This document shows, one piece after another, positions 60,755 through 64,000 of a stretch of 64,000 nt of DNA. Position 1 is the stretch's first letter, and every line of letters begins with the position of its first letter. Below the pieces are notes generated by a model. The model saw only the letters and a list, made by a program, of their open reading frames with translations. It was not told the DNA's origin and did not search any database. A program made the translations under genes and the position numbers. This stretch comes from Mustelus asterias (Eukaryota), in NCBI RefSeq assembly GCF_964213995.1, contig NC_135805.1, positions 74,090,001-74,154,000 of the forward strand, given 5' to 3'.

Positions 60755-61700
60755 AAACAGCAAAAGAAATAGTGGGAAAGATTAGGGATCAAAAATAGAT
60801 AATTTTATGAAACTAGCTGAGGTACTAAATTAGAGCTTTACATTACTTTTCATGAAAGAAGGGGATGCTTCCAATGTCACAGTAAAGATAGTTGTAGAGA
60901 AAATGGGAAGAATGAAAATGGAAATGCTGTGCTCAGTGGAAAAGTCACCTGATTCAGATGGGATGCATTCTAGCTTGCTGAAAGAAGTAAGGATAAAAAA
61001 TACGGAGGCTCTGGCCACAACCTTCCAATCTTCTTTTGAAATGGGAATAGTGCCAAAAGGACTGGAGGATTGCAATATGGTGGATAGAGGTGAACCTACA
61101 GGGCAGCCCAACTAATATTTGTAGTGGGGACACTTGAGATATTAATTGTGGACAAAGTAAATTGGGAAGAAATGTAGGTTTAATGAATGAGTTTCAAAGC
61201 AAGTCGTAATGAACTCCAAACGTTAACTCTGTTTCTGTCTCCACAGATGCTGCCTGACCTGCTGAGTTTAACAGCATTTTTCTGTTTTTATTTCAGATTT
61301 CCAGCAGCCACCATATTTTGCTTTTATTTTAGAGGAATTGAGTTTATTGTTCTGAGATTAGGGAAAGTGAAGTGGAAATTTGATTGTGATGCTCAAAATC
61401 ATGAGATCTAATCATAAATTAAATAAGGGGAAACTGTTTCTGGTGGTAGTAGGGTTAGAAACAAAGATACAGATTTAAAGTCATTGGCAAAATAATCAGC
61501 AGTGCCATGAAGAAACCTCTTATGCAGCAAGCTGTTAACATCTGAAATGTACTTCATGAGAAGGTGGTGGAGGCAGATTCAATCATAACTTTCAAAAAGG
61601 AATTGGATAAATAGTTGAAGGGAAAAAAATATTGGATAATAGGATAGCGCTCAAGGAGTCTGCACAGGTCTGTTGGCCTCTTCCTATCCTTTATCATTAC
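60755..61700 (+). mobile_element. Old deleted CR1 with a Penelope terminal fragment (~61205-61330)
   Basis: ORF 60852..61115 KSPDSDGMH..LLKEV; CR1-like 3' end. Confidence 0.6.
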
Positions 61701-62139
61701 ATTTTGGTAGCTGGATTTATATTCATTAGCGGGTGGTGGAAAGAACATGGTATTCTGATGGCATCTCTTTTGTTGCAAAGAAGTTGTGGGTTTTCTATGT
61801 ATTGTGGGTAGTTTGAGTACTCTTTTGTGTTTGAGATTGTTGGTAGAAGGACTTCAGCTTTGTTGCCCTGCCCTATTTACTAATCATTGAAGGGGTTTGT
61901 GTGCTTTTCTAAATTGGTAACTGTAGGTTGTTTTCTAGGATGGTGAGGTTTATGAAGAGATTTCTGCTACATGGTGAAAGATGTGTTTCTCATCAGTGGG
62001 AGATGCGTGTAGATAATTACATAGATTAGTTCTCATAGAGGGTGAAGTGGGTGCTCAGTGGGCAAGGTTTGTTTCAAAGGAATTCCCATTTGCTTTTACT
62101 CATGGTCCTTCAGGTTTCTTTCTTTGTGTACTGTCTGTA

Positions 62140-64000
62140 TCAAAAACCTGTATTATATAGTGCCTTTTAAATTAGAAACATGTTCCAAGATGCTTCATAG
62201 GAACATCATCAAACAAAATTCGATAGAACCATGCGAGGAAGTATGAGGACAGATAACCAAGAACCTGATCAAAGTGGTCTGTCTTGAGGAGGAAAGAGAG
62301 GTTTAGGGGGAATTTCAGATCTGTGACCCTTAGCAACTGATAGCAGGACTGCCAATGGTAGAGGGATTAAAATTGAGCATGCCCATGAGCCTGATTTGGA
62401 AGAATGGACAAGAGCTCAGTGGGTTGTAGAGCTGGAGGAGGTTAGCAATGAATAAGGGACTGGAGGGTTTTGAAAGAGAGAATTCGACTTCGTGTCTGGA
62501 GATGCACGAGTCAGACCAAGCACATGCTTATGTTTGTTTCCATAGATTGTTTTACCTGGAACAGGCCACTAGCCGAAGCTAGAGACTATAGCTTGAAGGG
62601 TGTCACATCATATCAAACATGGCTGATGAGGATTCTCTCCCAGTCTTGCTGTCCATAGGCAGGTTGGAAGAATTTGCAGATTGATAATAGACCCGTTTGG
62701 TCGCATTATGAACACATCTTCTGTGGTCATGAAGTCTTGAAATGGGACAGACCCAGAGCTTCAGACTCAGGTAGAGAGACAATCCATACACCACAAGACC
62801 TCCCTCTTGAAAGAAAGGATACGGATTTTGAAATTAAGACATTTCCAGGCTCAGAACCAATGTAGGTCAGTGAGCATTGGGTATGGCTGAATGGGGTTTG
62901 TTTGTTAGGATTAGGGCAGTAGAGGTTTGGATGAGCTCCTGTACACATGTTGAAAGATGGGATTCTGGCCAGGTGTGCATTGAAATAGTTTTGTCTAGTG
63001 GTAACACAATAATGGATGAGAGTTTCAGTAGGAGGTGGGTGGATTTGGATGATACTAAGGTGGAAGTAGGCACTTTGGTGATGAAGCTCATCTTGGTTTA
63101 GAAGGACATCCAAGTTCCAAACGATTTCTTAGCATCAAAAGGGTGCCAGGAAGTGGGATTGTGGGAACTGGAAATAATCTCTCCAATCTTTCCAATATTT
63201 AGTTGGAGTAAATTTTTACTCATCCAATACAGGATGTTGGATGAGCAGTGTGACAAATTGGAGACAAGTGGGAGGGTTTAAATAAAGCCGAGTGTTGGCG
63301 GTATACCTGTGAACCCTGATGTGTTTTTGGATGATGTAGCCGAGGGGCAGCAGGTAGATAAGAAGGACGCCACGGATCGATTTTGGAGGGAATTCAAGAG
63401 AAGATGGTGCAGAGTGGACAGAGAAACTGTTGGGTGATTCTCTGGCTACTATTGGATAAGAATGGATCTAGTTGGACAACAGAGGAATGACCTTGGAAAA
63501 GAATGCTGTATTGACTGTGACAGTGGTCGAGAATGATGAGGAGGAATGATTTATCAAGGTCACAGCCAAATAGGGTGCCATTTGTGATTTTGAGGGATGT
63601 TTTAGTACTGTGCAGATGTATAAACCTAATTAGAAGGATTCAGTTTTGGAGTTGCAAAAAAAGTGTGCATGGATTTGGCAGAAGCATGTTCAAGGACTTC
63701 AGAGAGGAGATGGGACAGTAGTTTGCAAGAACAGAAGATTTTGTTTTGAGTGGACTGGTGATGGTGAAAGATTTGATGGGGTTGGGTGATTATACCTGAA
63801 GAGAGGTATCTATTAACAGTATCAGTTAATGTGGACCAGAAAGTGAAGTTGGATGTTTCGCAATTTTAGTGGGAACAGGGTTCAGTAAACAGGATGTAGA
63901 GATCATACAACATTTCTTCCAAGCTGCACTGGTGCGTGGCAGTCCAGAACTTACTGCGCAGATGACAAACAGGCTATGTACAAACAGGCTGCTATAGCAG
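62140..64000 (-). mobile_element. Old L2-like LINE
   Basis: ORF 62727..63113(-) SAYFHL..I...ETLIHYCVTTRQNYFNAHLARIP resembles the L2 ORF2 C-terminal ETLIHAFVTSRLDY.NALL motif. Confidence 0.65.

Noticed and set aside
61939-62067. Possible next NCOA7 exon after ttgttttctag
   Set aside because: The in-phase frame hits a stop and does not give the expected Lys-rich continuation
1-64000. CRISPR arrays, operons or prokaryotic systems
   Set aside because: No regularly spaced repeat-spacer arrays; content is vertebrate repeats and introns, and short ORFs in the track are TE fragments or noise

Overview
Vertebrate genomic DNA, almost certainly an elasmobranch (shark). This is inferred from its HE1/V-SINEs, HER1-type CR1 LINEs, SacSINE/Deu-like SINEs and Penelope-like elements. 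Most of the window is transposon-derived. The host content appears to be the 5' end of NCOA7 on the + strand: a CpG-island promoter/first exon at ~44.4-45.0 kb and a first coding exon METKDLKKERRPGYFA(R) at 52561-52610. An intact tRNA-Glu(CTC) gene lies upstream on the - strand (7169-7240). The most unusual signals are: (1) a U1-U1-U2-U2 snRNA chimera (25945-26155) lying between a tRNA-Lys(TTT) copy and a retroviral/Gypsy-type pol remnant; (2) three TSD-flanked fold-back Penelope-derived mini-elements with a minimal hammerhead ribozyme on each strand; (3) an in-frame uORF or alternative N-terminus in NCOA7 exon 1; (4) an old ~600-bp inverted repeat upstream of the promoter. All family assignments were made by eye from remembered consensus motifs. 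No searches were run, and boundaries of old repeats are approximate.
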